Assembly (NCBI GenBank): GCA_963517385.1
Contig: CAUQEK010000001.1
Coordinates: 1 to 58,563, forward strand
Origin: an uncultured Candidatus Saccharibacteria bacterium
GTDB taxonomy: Bacteria; Patescibacteriota; Saccharimonadia; Saccharimonadales; Saccharimonadaceae
DNA: 58,563 nucleotides
Reading direction: 5' to 3'
Program-made: the position numbers and the translations under genes
Part shown: positions 35,916 through 44,708 of the stretch, piece after piece
Layout: the number at the start of each line of letters is the position of its first letter
How positions within the stretch are numbered: the stretch's first letter is position 1
Notes under the pieces: generated by a model
Database searches by the model: none
What the model saw: only the letters and a program-made list of their open reading frames with translations
Told to the model about the DNA's origin: nothing

Positions 35916-37268
35916 TTAATGGAAGATACGGATTAGGTCTAAAATCGTGACGAGAATAAACATGGCAAAGAGGAAGAGGAAGGTGGTGGCGATAATTTTC
36001 CCTTCGGCCTCGGTTGAGAGTTTCTTCTTGATTAATTTAGAGATGGTAATCATGGTCCAGCGGCCGCCATCGAGGGCTGGGATTGGCAGAACATTCATAC
36101 AGGCGAGAGAGATGGAAATGATGGCGGTGAGGAAAAGTAGTTCCGTAAAACCAGCGCTAACGAAACTTGGGAAAATTACACCAATGATACCGACAGGTCC
36201 AGAGACGGATTCACCAGCTTTGACGAGTTCTTGTTTGCCAGACTCTCTGGCTTCTTGGTTGCCGGTAATTTGTTTGGCGACTCCAGAGAAGAGGTTTTTC
36301 ACCATGTCATAGAGACCACGGAAAGTTTCGCCAGTGATTTGGGCGGTGGTGCCAAGGCCGATAAGTGGGGCATCGATTAAGGAATAACGCGCGAGGAATT
36401 GACCATCCATGCGCATGGAAATGCCGAGAGCTGGCGAATTGTCACCTGAATTTAAGGTGACTTCGTGTTCGCTAGTGTCCTTGGTGGCTGGATCGAAGGT
36501 GCGATAAATTACAGTTTGTCCAAGATGGGATTTGTTAAAATCTTGAACATCAAGGGTAGAGGTTAGCACTTTCCAGTTATCTTCATTCTTAGCTTTGGCG
36601 TCATGAATGATGGTATTAGCCTTTAGAGTACTACGACTAGCTGGAGAATCCTCGAGAATTTTATCAATATAGATTTTTGGCATAGTAAAATGTGCTTTTT
36701 CGTTGATATTGAACTGGTTATTCATGAATTGTGGCATGCCGGTAATGGCGAGAATGGTAAAAATTAGAATACCATAAAGCCAGTTCATGGTAACACCACC
36801 GAAAAGAATGGCAGTTTTTTGCAAATAATTTGTGGCGCCAAAAGTATGGGGCTTGGTTTCAGCGTCTGATTCCCCATCCATGGTACAAAAACCACCAAGT
36901 GGTAAAAGATTGATGCTAAATATCAAATAATCTTGTTTATAGAGTGGATCATTTTTATATTCGGTACTAGGAATGAAAAACCAGACATATTTATCTTGTT
37001 TAGTCTTGTCCTTCCCCATAGCGAGAAGTTTTTGTAGGCGTTTTTGATTAACTTTGGCCTTAGATTCGGATTTTAATTGATCATAAAACTTTTGGACTTC
37101 TTTAGCTGGAAGATGAAGCCAGGCAAGTTTGCGTGGCGGAAGGCCGATGCCAAATTCGTTAACTTTGACACCAGATTTTTTTGCCATAATGAAGTGGCCA
37201 AATTCGTGAATGACGACGAGTAATGTGAGGGCGATAAGGCCGATAAAAGCACCAAATAAAATATTCAT
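35916..37268 (-). CDS. rseP: Site-2 protease RseP/RasP (M50)
   Basis: HEFGH, PLGGF, GPVGI and NVLPIPALDGG motifs; PDZ-like region. Confidence 0.93.
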   Translation of the reverse strand: MNILFGAFIGLIALTLLVVIHEFGHFIMAKKSGVKVNEFGIGLPPRKLAWLHLPAKEVQKFYDQLKSESKAKVNQKRLQKLLAMGKDKTKQDKYVWFFIPSTEYKNDPLYKQDYLIFSINLLPLGGFCTMDGESDAETKPHTFGATNYLQKTAILFGGVTMNWLYGILIFTILAITGMPQFMNNQFNINEKAHFTMPKIYIDKILEDSPASRSTLKANTIIHDAKAKNEDNWKVLTSTLDVQDFNKSHLGQTVIYRTFDPATKDTSEHEVTLNSGDNSPALGISMRMDGQFLARYSLIDAPLIGLGTTAQITGETFRGLYDMVKNLFSGVAKQITGNQEARESGKQELVKAGESVSGPVGIIGVIFPSFVSAGFTELLFLTAIISISLACMNVLPIPALDGGRWTMITISKLIKKKLSTEAEGKIIATTFLFLFAMFILVTILDLIRIFH

Positions 37269-37287
37269 ATATCTATTTTAGCACAAG

Positions 37288-37322
37288 AAAAATAGAATAG
37301 GTTTTTCGCCTATTCTATTTTT
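37288..37322 (-). terminator. Terminator of the rpsB-tsf operon
   Basis: AAAAATAGAATAGG-TTTTTCG-CCTATTCTATTTTT. Confidence 0.8.
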
Positions 37323-37339
37323 AGGTTTGAATAAATAAT

Positions 37340-37930
37340 TTATTCAGTGACGCCAAGTTCGATGCGCTTGAATTGCTTGACGGTGATGTTTTCACCAGTT
37401 TTTGCAATCATCTCTTTGATGAATTCTGCGACAGTCTTAGAATCATCGAGAATGTAAGGTTGGAGCATTAAAACTTTGTCAGAGAAAGCTTTTTTGACTT
37501 GACCAGAAAGAATTTGTTCCTTCATATTTTCTGGACCCTTGAAGTTAGCTTCGAATTCTTCCATTTTAGCCTTCATAGTTTCGGCTGGAATATCTTCTTC
37601 GGAAACATAAAGTGGGGCCATGGAAGCAACTTGCATGGCAAGTTTGTGAGCAAGATCTTTAAATTCGTCGGTATTAGCGACAAAAGAAGTCTCACAGTTC
37701 ACTTCGATGATGGCGCCAAGGCGACCGTCGTGGATGTAAGCGTCGACGATACCTTCGCGGGTTTCACGGTCACCACGTTTTTCAGCCTTGGTGAGGCCTT
37801 TTTCGCGCATAGCTTTGAGGGCTTTGTCGAAATCGCCATCGGCTTCGACAAGAGCTTTTTTAGCGTCGGTAAGACCTACACCAGATAATTCTTTGAGTTT
37901 TTTGATGTTTTCAATGGTAATTTCTGCCAT
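37340..37930 (-). CDS. tsf: Elongation factor Ts (short form)
   Basis: IKKLKELSGVG..DAKKAL, EVNCETSFVA and GENITV. Confidence 0.97.
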   Translation of the reverse strand: MAEITIENIKKLKELSGVGLTDAKKALVEADGDFDKALKAMREKGLTKAEKRGDRETREGIVDAYIHDGRLGAIIEVNCETSFVANTDEFKDLAHKLAMQVASMAPLYVSEEDIPAETMKAKMEEFEANFKGPENMKEQILSGQVKKAFSDKVLMLQPYILDDSKTVAEFIKEMIAKTGENITVKQFKRIELGVTE

Positions 37931-37954
37931 TTTTATCTCCTTAATAGATGAAAA

Positions 37955-38641
37955 TTAGTTTTTGGCGGATTTGATAGCTTCGACAAAGTAATCAAGAATG
38001 AGTTTTTCAGCCTTGGTAGAGTCGTCGTTGGCTGGGATAATAACGTCAATATCGGTTGGATCGACATTAGTGTCACAGATAGCGATTACTGGGATGTGAA
38101 GAGTTTTAGCTTCCTTAATGGCGTTCTTGTCTTCGCAAGCATCGGTGACAATGATAGCGGCTGGTTGATCAGTCATATCTTTGATACCACCGTAACGGGT
38201 GTTAAGAACAGCAATTTCTTCTTGGAAGCGTTGAACTTCGAGCTTAGAATAGCGGGCTTCGAGTTCACCAGTCTTCATGCGGCGTTCGAGATCCTTAACC
38301 TTCTTGATTTGGCGGTTAACGGTTTCGACGTTGGTAAGAGTACCACCAACCCAGCGTTCGGTAACGTATGGCATGTCGACAGATTCAGCGGCTTCTTTAA
38401 CGATGGCTTTGAGTTGTTTCTTGGTACCAACGAAAAGAATTTTCTTGCCGTCTTTAGCGATTTTCTTGGTAAGAGCGAGAGCTTCTTCGAGGCCAGCTAC
38501 GGTCTTTTCAAGATTAATAATGTGAGTGTCTTGGCGCTTGCTGTGGATATATTGAGCCATTTTTGGGTGCCAACGTGAGGTCTTGTGACCAAAGTGAGCT
38601 CCTGCTTCGAGGAGTTCTTTCATGTCGATAGTCTTGGACAT
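37955..38641 (-). CDS. rpsB: 30S ribosomal protein S2
   Basis: LLEAGAHFGH, RWVGGTLTN, CDTN and PANDD motifs. Confidence 0.98.
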   Translation of the reverse strand: MSKTIDMKELLEAGAHFGHKTSRWHPKMAQYIHSKRQDTHIINLEKTVAGLEEALALTKKIAKDGKKILFVGTKKQLKAIVKEAAESVDMPYVTERWVGGTLTNVETVNRQIKKVKDLERRMKTGELEARYSKLEVQRFQEEIAVLNTRYGGIKDMTDQPAAIIVTDACEDKNAIKEAKTLHIPVIAICDTNVDPTDIDVIIPANDDSTKAEKLILDYFVEAIKSAKN

Positions 38642-38797
38642 GTTTTCCTTTCCCTTCACTTCATCTTGTCTTCAGGAAAACGGATGAAGTTGTTTCATTA
38701 AATTAATTACTTTTCTATCTTAACATAAGAGGTGGATTCTGTAAAGCTAATTTCCTATTGAAAAAACCGCGAGTATCTGATAAAATGGTGACTAATT

Positions 38798-39130
38798 ATG
38801 AGTAAACAAGAATTGCATCCAAAAGATTATCGCTTTGTGGTTTTTGCTGATGACGCTGCGAACTTTTCTTTCTTGACTAAGTCTACCGCTAAGAGCGAAG
38901 AGACTATCAAGTGGACCGATGGAAATGAATATCCACTCGTGAAGGTTCAGATTTCTTCGGCTTCTCACCCATTCTTTACTGGTGAAGAGAAGATTATCGA
39001 TACCGAAGGTCGCGTTGATCGCTTCAAGGCTCGTGCTATGAAGGCAGAAGCTTTGAAACAGGCTCTCGCCAACAAAGCTGCTAAGCAGATGAAAGAAGCC
39101 GAGAAAAAAGCAGAAAAAGCTGAAGCTTAA
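38798..39130 (+). CDS. rpmE2: 50S ribosomal protein L31, type B (Zn-independent)
   Basis: [21 protein letters not shown] and DTEGRVDRF; no Zn cysteines. Confidence 0.95.
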   Translation: MSKQELHPKDYRFVVFADDAANFSFLTKSTAKSEETIKWTDGNEYPLVKVQISSASHPFFTGEEKIIDTEGRVDRFKARAMKAEALKQALANKAAKQMKEAEKKAEKAEA

Positions 39131-39134
39131 GTCT

Positions 39135-39162
39135 AAAATAAGGCCAAATGGCCTTATTTTTT
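39135..39162. terminator. Intrinsic terminator
   Basis: AAAATAAGGCCA-AA-TGGCCTTATTTTT. Confidence 0.75.
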
Positions 39163-39200
39163 GTGAAAAGTGAAAAGATATATTATAATAGAGAAGTCAT

Positions 39201-39277
39201 GGATCTTTAGCTCAGTTGGCTAGAGCGTACGATTCACATTCGTAAGGTCACTGGTTCGAGCCCAGTAAGATCCACCA
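39201..39277 (+). tRNA. tRNA-Val(CAC)
   Basis: Acceptor GGATCTT/AAGATCC, anticodon arm TACGA TTCACAT TCGTA, T-arm ACTGG TTCGAGC CCAGT, encoded CCA. Confidence 0.97.
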
Positions 39278-39376
39278 AGATATTTTTTGAAATCCCGGGA
39301 AGGGATTTTTTGTTGGAAAAGAAAATACCCCCTATAGATAGGAGGTATTATCGTTTTTTCTTAGCACTAATTACCG

Positions 39377-40027
39377 TTATTGTTCAGCGAAAGCCTGAAG
39401 CATTGGTTCGGGATTGAACTGAATCAAGGTGGAGCGGTTAGTAATCCACATCTTCAGATAATCGGGGTGATTCTTGAGGTAGTTATACTCCTCAATCTTC
39501 ATGATACGTGGGTCACGTGTAGCGAAACTTAGTCCGTATCCATCTTGATCGTCGTCAGTGTGAACTTTTTCATTGGCGAGAATAGAAATATAGTCTTCGT
39601 GATGCTTGCAGCCGGCAATTACTCTACCAGTAACAAAAGTATTCTTTTTAAGTAAAGTTTTATCGCCGTTATCTTGAATAAAACATACCACTTCTTCACC
39701 GACATTAAACCACCACTGATCAGAGCGAATAGTGGTAAAAAGAGGTTTTGGCTCTGCCTGCTTTATGGCTTCAAGAACCATCTTCATGGAGTTGTAAGCT
39801 TTATCTTGTATCTGAGCTAATTGATTTTTGTTATTTTTAGAAATATTAATCTCAGGATAAGGAGAGCTAATTGCGCAAGTTGCCATCATCTCTATAGTTA
39901 GATAATATTTTGCTATAGTTTCAAGGTTTTCAGTACCAAGAAAAGGTAATTCAAAATCAACTGGTAATTCAATATTTCCTAAGTAATCAATAACAAGGTC
40001 CCTAGCGTTAATTATTTGATTTGTCAT
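39377..40027 (-). CDS. Hypothetical protein (cassette cargo)
   Basis: 216 aa; AAAGGAG SD; own promoter; own terminator at about 39322-39349. Confidence 0.85.
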   Translation of the reverse strand: MTNQIINARDLVIDYLGNIELPVDFELPFLGTENLETIAKYYLTIEMMATCAISSPYPEINISKNNKNQLAQIQDKAYNSMKMVLEAIKQAEPKPLFTTIRSDQWWFNVGEEVVCFIQDNGDKTLLKKNTFVTGRVIAGCKHHEDYISILANEKVHTDDDQDGYGLSFATRDPRIMKIEEYNYLKNHPDYLKMWITNRSTLIQFNPEPMLQAFAEQ

Positions 40028-40199
40028 AGCGCAAATCTCCTTTCTTTAATAAGACTCGATCTGAGTCAATATGATAGAGGTTATTTGCTGCTTAGCAGCG
40101 CAGGAGATACAAAATTTATATACCCTACGCCGCCAAGCATTAGACAAAACAAACGAAAAACGATACTAATGTACGATGGATTAAATCCACGATCACTAT

Positions 40200-40231
40200 A
40201 TTGTAGCATAATTAGCTTATTTTGTCAAATA
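40200..40231 (-). promoter_or_regulatory. Sigma70 promoter of the cassette gene with an overlapping inverted repeat
   Basis: TTGACA(40228-40223)-17-TACAAT(40205-40200) with a TG extension; GCTTATTT/AAATAAGC dyad around the -35. Confidence 0.65.
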
Positions 40232-40315
40232 AGCATAATAGGCTTGAAAGTTTGGGTTATTTCGAGATGTATAAGATCCACCAAGATATTTTTTGAAATC
40301 CCGGGAAGGGATTTT

Positions 40316-42412
40316 TTAGGTATTCTTTATGGTGAAGTATCCTGGACGCCCATTTGTAGCATCGTCAATGCGAGCATATTCTTTATCGAGATGGCTTGCA
40401 TTATATACTGTGCCGCTGCCACCTTGAAGTTTAGTACTATCGGTAAACATATTGGCGGAATTATTAATGCTGTCATTTTTGAAATCAGCTGAAGCGAAGA
40501 TTGTCGTAAGATTTTTATTATTTCTAAACATCTCTGAGCTATTTAATAGATGTTCTGTTTTGAATTTAGTGATGTCGATAGATACCGTAGTCGAATTCGC
40601 AAACATTGATGACATGTTAGTTACTTTTTCGGTATTAAATGTCGATAAGACAAGAGGTGATTTATTATTAAGGCCCATAAACATTTCACTCATGTTTGTG
40701 ACGGCACTCGTGTCGAACTGGCTGTTGAAGGAAAGTTGTTCGCTTCCTAACGTGAGGTTCTTAAACATTCCTTGCATATTAGTGACGTTTTTGGTGATAA
40801 AATGGTTGCCAAAAATAATTTTGCGCTGATAATTAGTATTTATATTGTCGGAGCCGAATAGATAGCTCATATCGGTAATATTCTCGGTATTGAATGATGA
40901 GAGATTTAAGGAATAGCTAGAATTGTCGACGCTTGTATTTTTAAACATGTATTTCATATTAGTAAGTTTTGAGATGTTATCGCGCTCTGGCATAAGGATG
41001 GGATTTTTTACCATTGGCTTATATCCTTCAAACATACTACCAGTATCAGTTAATGACGAGAAGGTTGCATCGCTGAAATTCATTGATGGTAGTTCAGAAT
41101 TTTTATACATAGAATTGGTGGATGTGGTGAATTTACCAAAGTCGCTTGATGGTCTGCTAGTATATCCATTGCCACAACCACTATAACAACGAGCAATAAC
41201 ACCCTCAAACATAGAAGTCATATCTGAACTATTGATCAGGTAGTTGCCGTAGATGCGGAAAGAATCACCTACATCAACATTTTTATACATCTCCCGTGTA
41301 GAGACGGGTTTGGTGGTGTTAAAAGTGAAATTTGCACGAACATTTGAATCTGCAATTAAGGCGTCAAGAATGAGCGGGTCAGATTGCCTTAAATTGTAGT
41401 AAAATTCACTAGATAAGCCGAGGAAATTTTTGTTGTCGTTGTGATATAGACGGTATAAGGAGTGTGAAAAATTCTTTACTTTTTCGAAGGATATACTGTT
41501 TTTATCCCAATAATAGAAGAGATCTGGATCACAGTTAGTGAATCCTGATAAGAAATATGACATATCGGAATTTGCGTACATCTTGGCAGCTTTAGACCAG
41601 AAGGTGATGGTGTAGTTATTTCCACTTTTTGTGGATGATAGAAAGGCGGGTTCTTCGGAGTCGGAGGTAGAAATCTTGACGGTTTTTATGGCGTTTGCTG
41701 GTTCTTTATTTGCGAATTTTAGATTATCAAGCCTTTTATTGCTAGGAAAATCAGTTTCTGGATGTTCGATAATATTTGGATCCGTCTCCTCCATTGCTTG
41801 GCGAATAGCCTTATTAATTTCGCGGCCGCTCGCTAACTCCGGGGCAGATGTATTTATGAGCGTATAGACAAGTTTTGTTTTGTAGTTACCAGACAATATT
41901 TTTGGAGAAGAGATAATGAAAATATTGCTATTAACCTCTAGGTTATTTGCGTCTTCCGATGATTTTCTGACTAAGTATGGAGCAGAAGAGCCTTTGATGG
42001 GTGAGTGTCTATAGCCGTCGCAGTAATTATTTTTACTAGTGTTAGTGCAGATACCCCAAGAAACGTAGTCATCGGAGGAAAGATAGGAAGAGTCACTATT
42101 GGAGATTGGTTTAATTTTTACTCCGGTTTTTTCGTCACGCAGAAAGTTATCTTCAGTTTCTGTTGAGAGATAAAGAGACCATCCGCCACTTGTCTTTGCA
42201 GTGACATTCGCGGTTATTGTTTTTGCATTTACATCAAAAGAGCCAGAAGGTCTGGACGTGATATTTATGCCGGAAAAATTTTGGACGGTCAGTGAGCTAC
42301 TTTCGGCAAATACGGGTTGATGTGTAAATACAATACAAAAAGCACAACATATAAGTAGCTTAAATACTAGTTTTTTGCGTGGTAATGACCATAAAAAATA
42401 GATTGCTCGCAT
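40316..42412 (-). CDS. BspA/DUF285-type surface repeat protein
   Basis: Signal peptide; repeats FNTENITDMSYLF, FITKNVTNMQGMF, FDTSAVTNMSEMF, FNTEKVTNMSSMF; C-terminal GGxGT..YARID..PGYFT cap. Confidence 0.88.
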   Translation of the reverse strand: MRAIYFLWSLPRKKLVFKLLICCAFCIVFTHQPVFAESSSLTVQNFSGINITSRPSGSFDVNAKTITANVTAKTSGGWSLYLSTETEDNFLRDEKTGVKIKPISNSDSSYLSSDDYVSWGICTNTSKNNYCDGYRHSPIKGSSAPYLVRKSSEDANNLEVNSNIFIISSPKILSGNYKTKLVYTLINTSAPELASGREINKAIRQAMEETDPNIIEHPETDFPSNKRLDNLKFANKEPANAIKTVKISTSDSEEPAFLSSTKSGNNYTITFWSKAAKMYANSDMSYFLSGFTNCDPDLFYYWDKNSISFEKVKNFSHSLYRLYHNDNKNFLGLSSEFYYNLRQSDPLILDALIADSNVRANFTFNTTKPVSTREMYKNVDVGDSFRIYGNYLINSSDMTSMFEGVIARCYSGCGNGYTSRPSSDFGKFTTSTNSMYKNSELPSMNFSDATFSSLTDTGSMFEGYKPMVKNPILMPERDNISKLTNMKYMFKNTSVDNSSYSLNLSSFNTENITDMSYLFGSDNINTNYQRKIIFGNHFITKNVTNMQGMFKNLTLGSEQLSFNSQFDTSAVTNMSEMFMGLNNKSPLVLSTFNTEKVTNMSSMFANSTTVSIDITKFKTEHLLNSSEMFRNNKNLTTIFASADFKNDSINNSANMFTDSTKLQGGSGTVYNASHLDKEYARIDDATNGRPGYFTIKNT

Positions 42413-42523
42413 TTATTCCCTTTCATTAATATATTTTAGTATATTTCTTGATTCCGTTTATGGCAATATTGAAAAAAATAATATTTGATTACGTACTATT
42501 GTTTATTATATAATTAATCTAAT

Positions 42524-43588
42524 ATGGATGAAAAAATCAAAAGTTTAGAGTTAGAGTTAACTCAGCTTAACCAATTCTTGGAAAATCCGAAGGCTTACCT
42601 CGAAAATGATTTTGCTGCAAAATCGAAGAGGAAGGCAGAGGTCGAATCGATTTTGGATTTGAAAAATGAAATTACTCGTGCCGAGCAACAGATTAAGGAT
42701 GACGAGGCAATCGTTTCGGACCCTGAACTAGGCGAGATGGCAAAATTAGAAATTCAGGAGTTGACGGAAAAAATTGCTGAACTAACTAGACAACTTGAGG
42801 ATAAATTAATTCCGCGTGATCCGGATGATGATAAGCCAGTGATCGTGGAAATTCGAGCTGGGGCCGGCGGCGACGAGGCTTCGTTGTTTGCGGCTGAGCT
42901 TTACCGTATGTATTTGCGTTATGCGGAAAAACATGGTTTTAAGGTGGAACTAATGAACGAAAGTCTAAATGAAACCGGTGGGGTAAAAGAAGTGGTCTTT
43001 AAGATGGATGGCGAGACGCCTTTTGGTACGATGAAGTTTGAGGGTGGTGTACACCGTGTACAGCGCGTACCGGTGACCGAGTCACAGGGGCGCATTCACA
43101 CTTCTACAGTGACGGTAGTGGCTTTACCAGAGGTAGAAGAGTCGGAAATTGTAATTGATGAAAAAGATTTACGTATCGATATTTATCACTCTGGTGGTCA
43201 TGGTGGCCAGTCGGTGAACACGACTAACTCAGCTATTCGCATTACGCATATGCCTTCGGGTATTGTGGTGGCGATGCAGGATGAGCGCTCTCTCCGACAA
43301 AATAAGGAGCGCGCTATGATGGTGCTACGTACGCGTTTGAACGATATACAGCGAGCAGAGGCGGCGAAAAATGCCTCGGCAGCGCGTAAGAATTTGATTG
43401 GTACAGGTGATCGTTCAGAAAAAATTCGTACTTATAATTTTCCACAAGATCGCGTAACTGATCATCGCATTCATTATTCCAGATCGAATGTAAATGCAGT
43501 GATGGATGGCGATATTGATGATATTATTTCGGAGCTGAAGAAGTGTGAGCTCGATGTAATTCGTACGGAAAACGGTATTGCGGAATAA
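42524..43588 (+). CDS. prfA: Peptide chain release factor 1
   Basis: RAGAGGDEA, HRVQRVPVTE (PxT), GGQ and RTYNFPQDRVTDHR. Confidence 0.98.
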   Translation: MDEKIKSLELELTQLNQFLENPKAYLENDFAAKSKRKAEVESILDLKNEITRAEQQIKDDEAIVSDPELGEMAKLEIQELTEKIAELTRQLEDKLIPRDPDDDKPVIVEIRAGAGGDEASLFAAELYRMYLRYAEKHGFKVELMNESLNETGGVKEVVFKMDGETPFGTMKFEGGVHRVQRVPVTESQGRIHTSTVTVVALPEVEESEIVIDEKDLRIDIYHSGGHGGQSVNTTNSAIRITHMPSGIVVAMQDERSLRQNKERAMMVLRTRLNDIQRAEAAKNASAARKNLIGTGDRSEKIRTYNFPQDRVTDHRIHYSRSNVNAVMDGDIDDIISELKKCELDVIRTENGIAE

Positions 43589-43603
43589 TTTTCAAAGGAG
43601 AAA

Positions 43604-44527
43604 ATGGCAACCACGGTAAAAAGTTGGCTGGATGTTTCGAAGCAGATTATCAATCCGACAGAGGCGGAGATTATTTTGGCGGTCTCGATGGATGTGCAGG
43701 ACCGGAGCTTTTTCGTAACTCATGGTGCAGATAAAATCTCTGATGAGGCGCGTAAGAAAGCGGATCAAATGGTGGCATTACGGGCTAATAAAGTGCCGCT
43801 GGCTTATATTTTGGGGGTGAAATGGTTTATGGGGCGACCATTTTTGGTAAACCAAAATGTGTTAATTCCCCGTCCGGAAACGGAACTCGCGGCGGAACTG
43901 GCGGGAAAACTTTATTATCGAATTATTGATGGGAAATTTAATAGTGGCGAACAGGCATCTTCTGATAATCCGATTACGATTGTGGATGTGGGGACGGGAT
44001 CTGGTTGCATTGGGCTCTCGGTGGCTTTGGAATGTGTAAATAGTCAAGTGATTGGACTTGATATTTCAAAGGATGCCCTGACGGTAGCGCGAATTAACCG
44101 GGATAAACTTGGGGTGAAGAATATTAAATTTTACAAATCAGACCTTCTTTCGACGATTTTACGCTTGAAGATTCGATCAGAAATTATTGTGGCAAACTTG
44201 CCATACGTGGATGAAGCTTGGGAGTGGCAATCGCCAGAATTGCAATACGAGCCGAAGTTGGCACTTTATGCGGATAAGGACGGTTTGGCACAAATTTACC
44301 GGTTACTTGATCAAATTAAGCGAAATTATTTTACTGCGAAAAACCTGGAAGAACTTTCGGAGGCGGAAATCCAGGCGGAACTGGAAACTAATTATGTGAT
44401 TATTGAATCGGATATGAGTCAGCAACAAAAAATTATTGAATATGCGGAAAAGTTGGGTTTTGAATTGGGCCTAAAGAAAGATTTAATTTTAGGATTTTCT
44501 TACCCAGTGGAAAAAATAAGGCAATAA
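43604..44527 (+). CDS. prmC: Release factor glutamine methyltransferase PrmC/HemK
   Basis: PLAYILG, VLIPRPETE, DVGTGSG and NLPY; follows prfA. Confidence 0.94.
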   Translation: MATTVKSWLDVSKQIINPTEAEIILAVSMDVQDRSFFVTHGADKISDEARKKADQMVALRANKVPLAYILGVKWFMGRPFLVNQNVLIPRPETELAAELAGKLYYRIIDGKFNSGEQASSDNPITIVDVGTGSGCIGLSVALECVNSQVIGLDISKDALTVARINRDKLGVKNIKFYKSDLLSTILRLKIRSEIIVANLPYVDEAWEWQSPELQYEPKLALYADKDGLAQIYRLLDQIKRNYFTAKNLEELSEAEIQAELETNYVIIESDMSQQQKIIEYAEKLGFELGLKKDLILGFSYPVEKIRQ

Positions 44528-44573
44528 TTGGTAGATTTTTAACTAAAATAAATAAAGTATCTATGATAAATTG

Positions 44574-44690
44574 AAAATAACCTCGTGATAAAATCCCTGA
44601 GATAAAAGTCCTGAAAAAATAACCCTGTGATGAATGCCCTGGGATAAAAATAATCCTAGGGAAAATAGTCCTAGACAAAAAATAACCCCG
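44574..44690. repeat. About 8 degenerate 11-17 bp copies of the terminator left arm
   Basis: AAAATAACCTCGTGAT, AAAATCCCTGAGAT, AAAAGTCCTG, AAAAAATAACCCTGTGAT, GAATGCCCTGGGAT, AAAAATAATCCTAGGG, AAAATAGTCCTAGAC, AAAAAATAACCCCGG. Confidence 0.65.
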
Positions 44691-44705
44691 GAGGGTTATT
44701 TTTTG
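44676..44705. terminator. Bidirectional terminator between prmC and htrA
   Basis: CAAAAAATAACCC-CGGA-GGGTTATTTTTTG perfect dyad. Confidence 0.85.
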
Positions 44706-44708
44706 ACT

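Larger units (their letters stand above)
39266..40317. mobile_element. Single-gene cassette bounded by a perfect 46-bp direct repeat (tRNA-Val 3' end plus terminator)
   Basis: TAAGATCCACCAAGATATTTTTTGAAATCCCGGGAAGGGATTTTTT at 39266-39311 and 40272-40317; no integrase inside. Confidence 0.75.

Noticed and set aside
40261..40283. Second tRNA-Val gene
   Set aside because: Only the 3' acceptor strand and a T-loop trace are present; it is an att-like duplication
40016..40492. 158-aa plus-strand ORF
   Set aside because: It runs across a promoter, the tRNA-derived repeat, a terminator and the BspA 3' end in antisense; likely spurious
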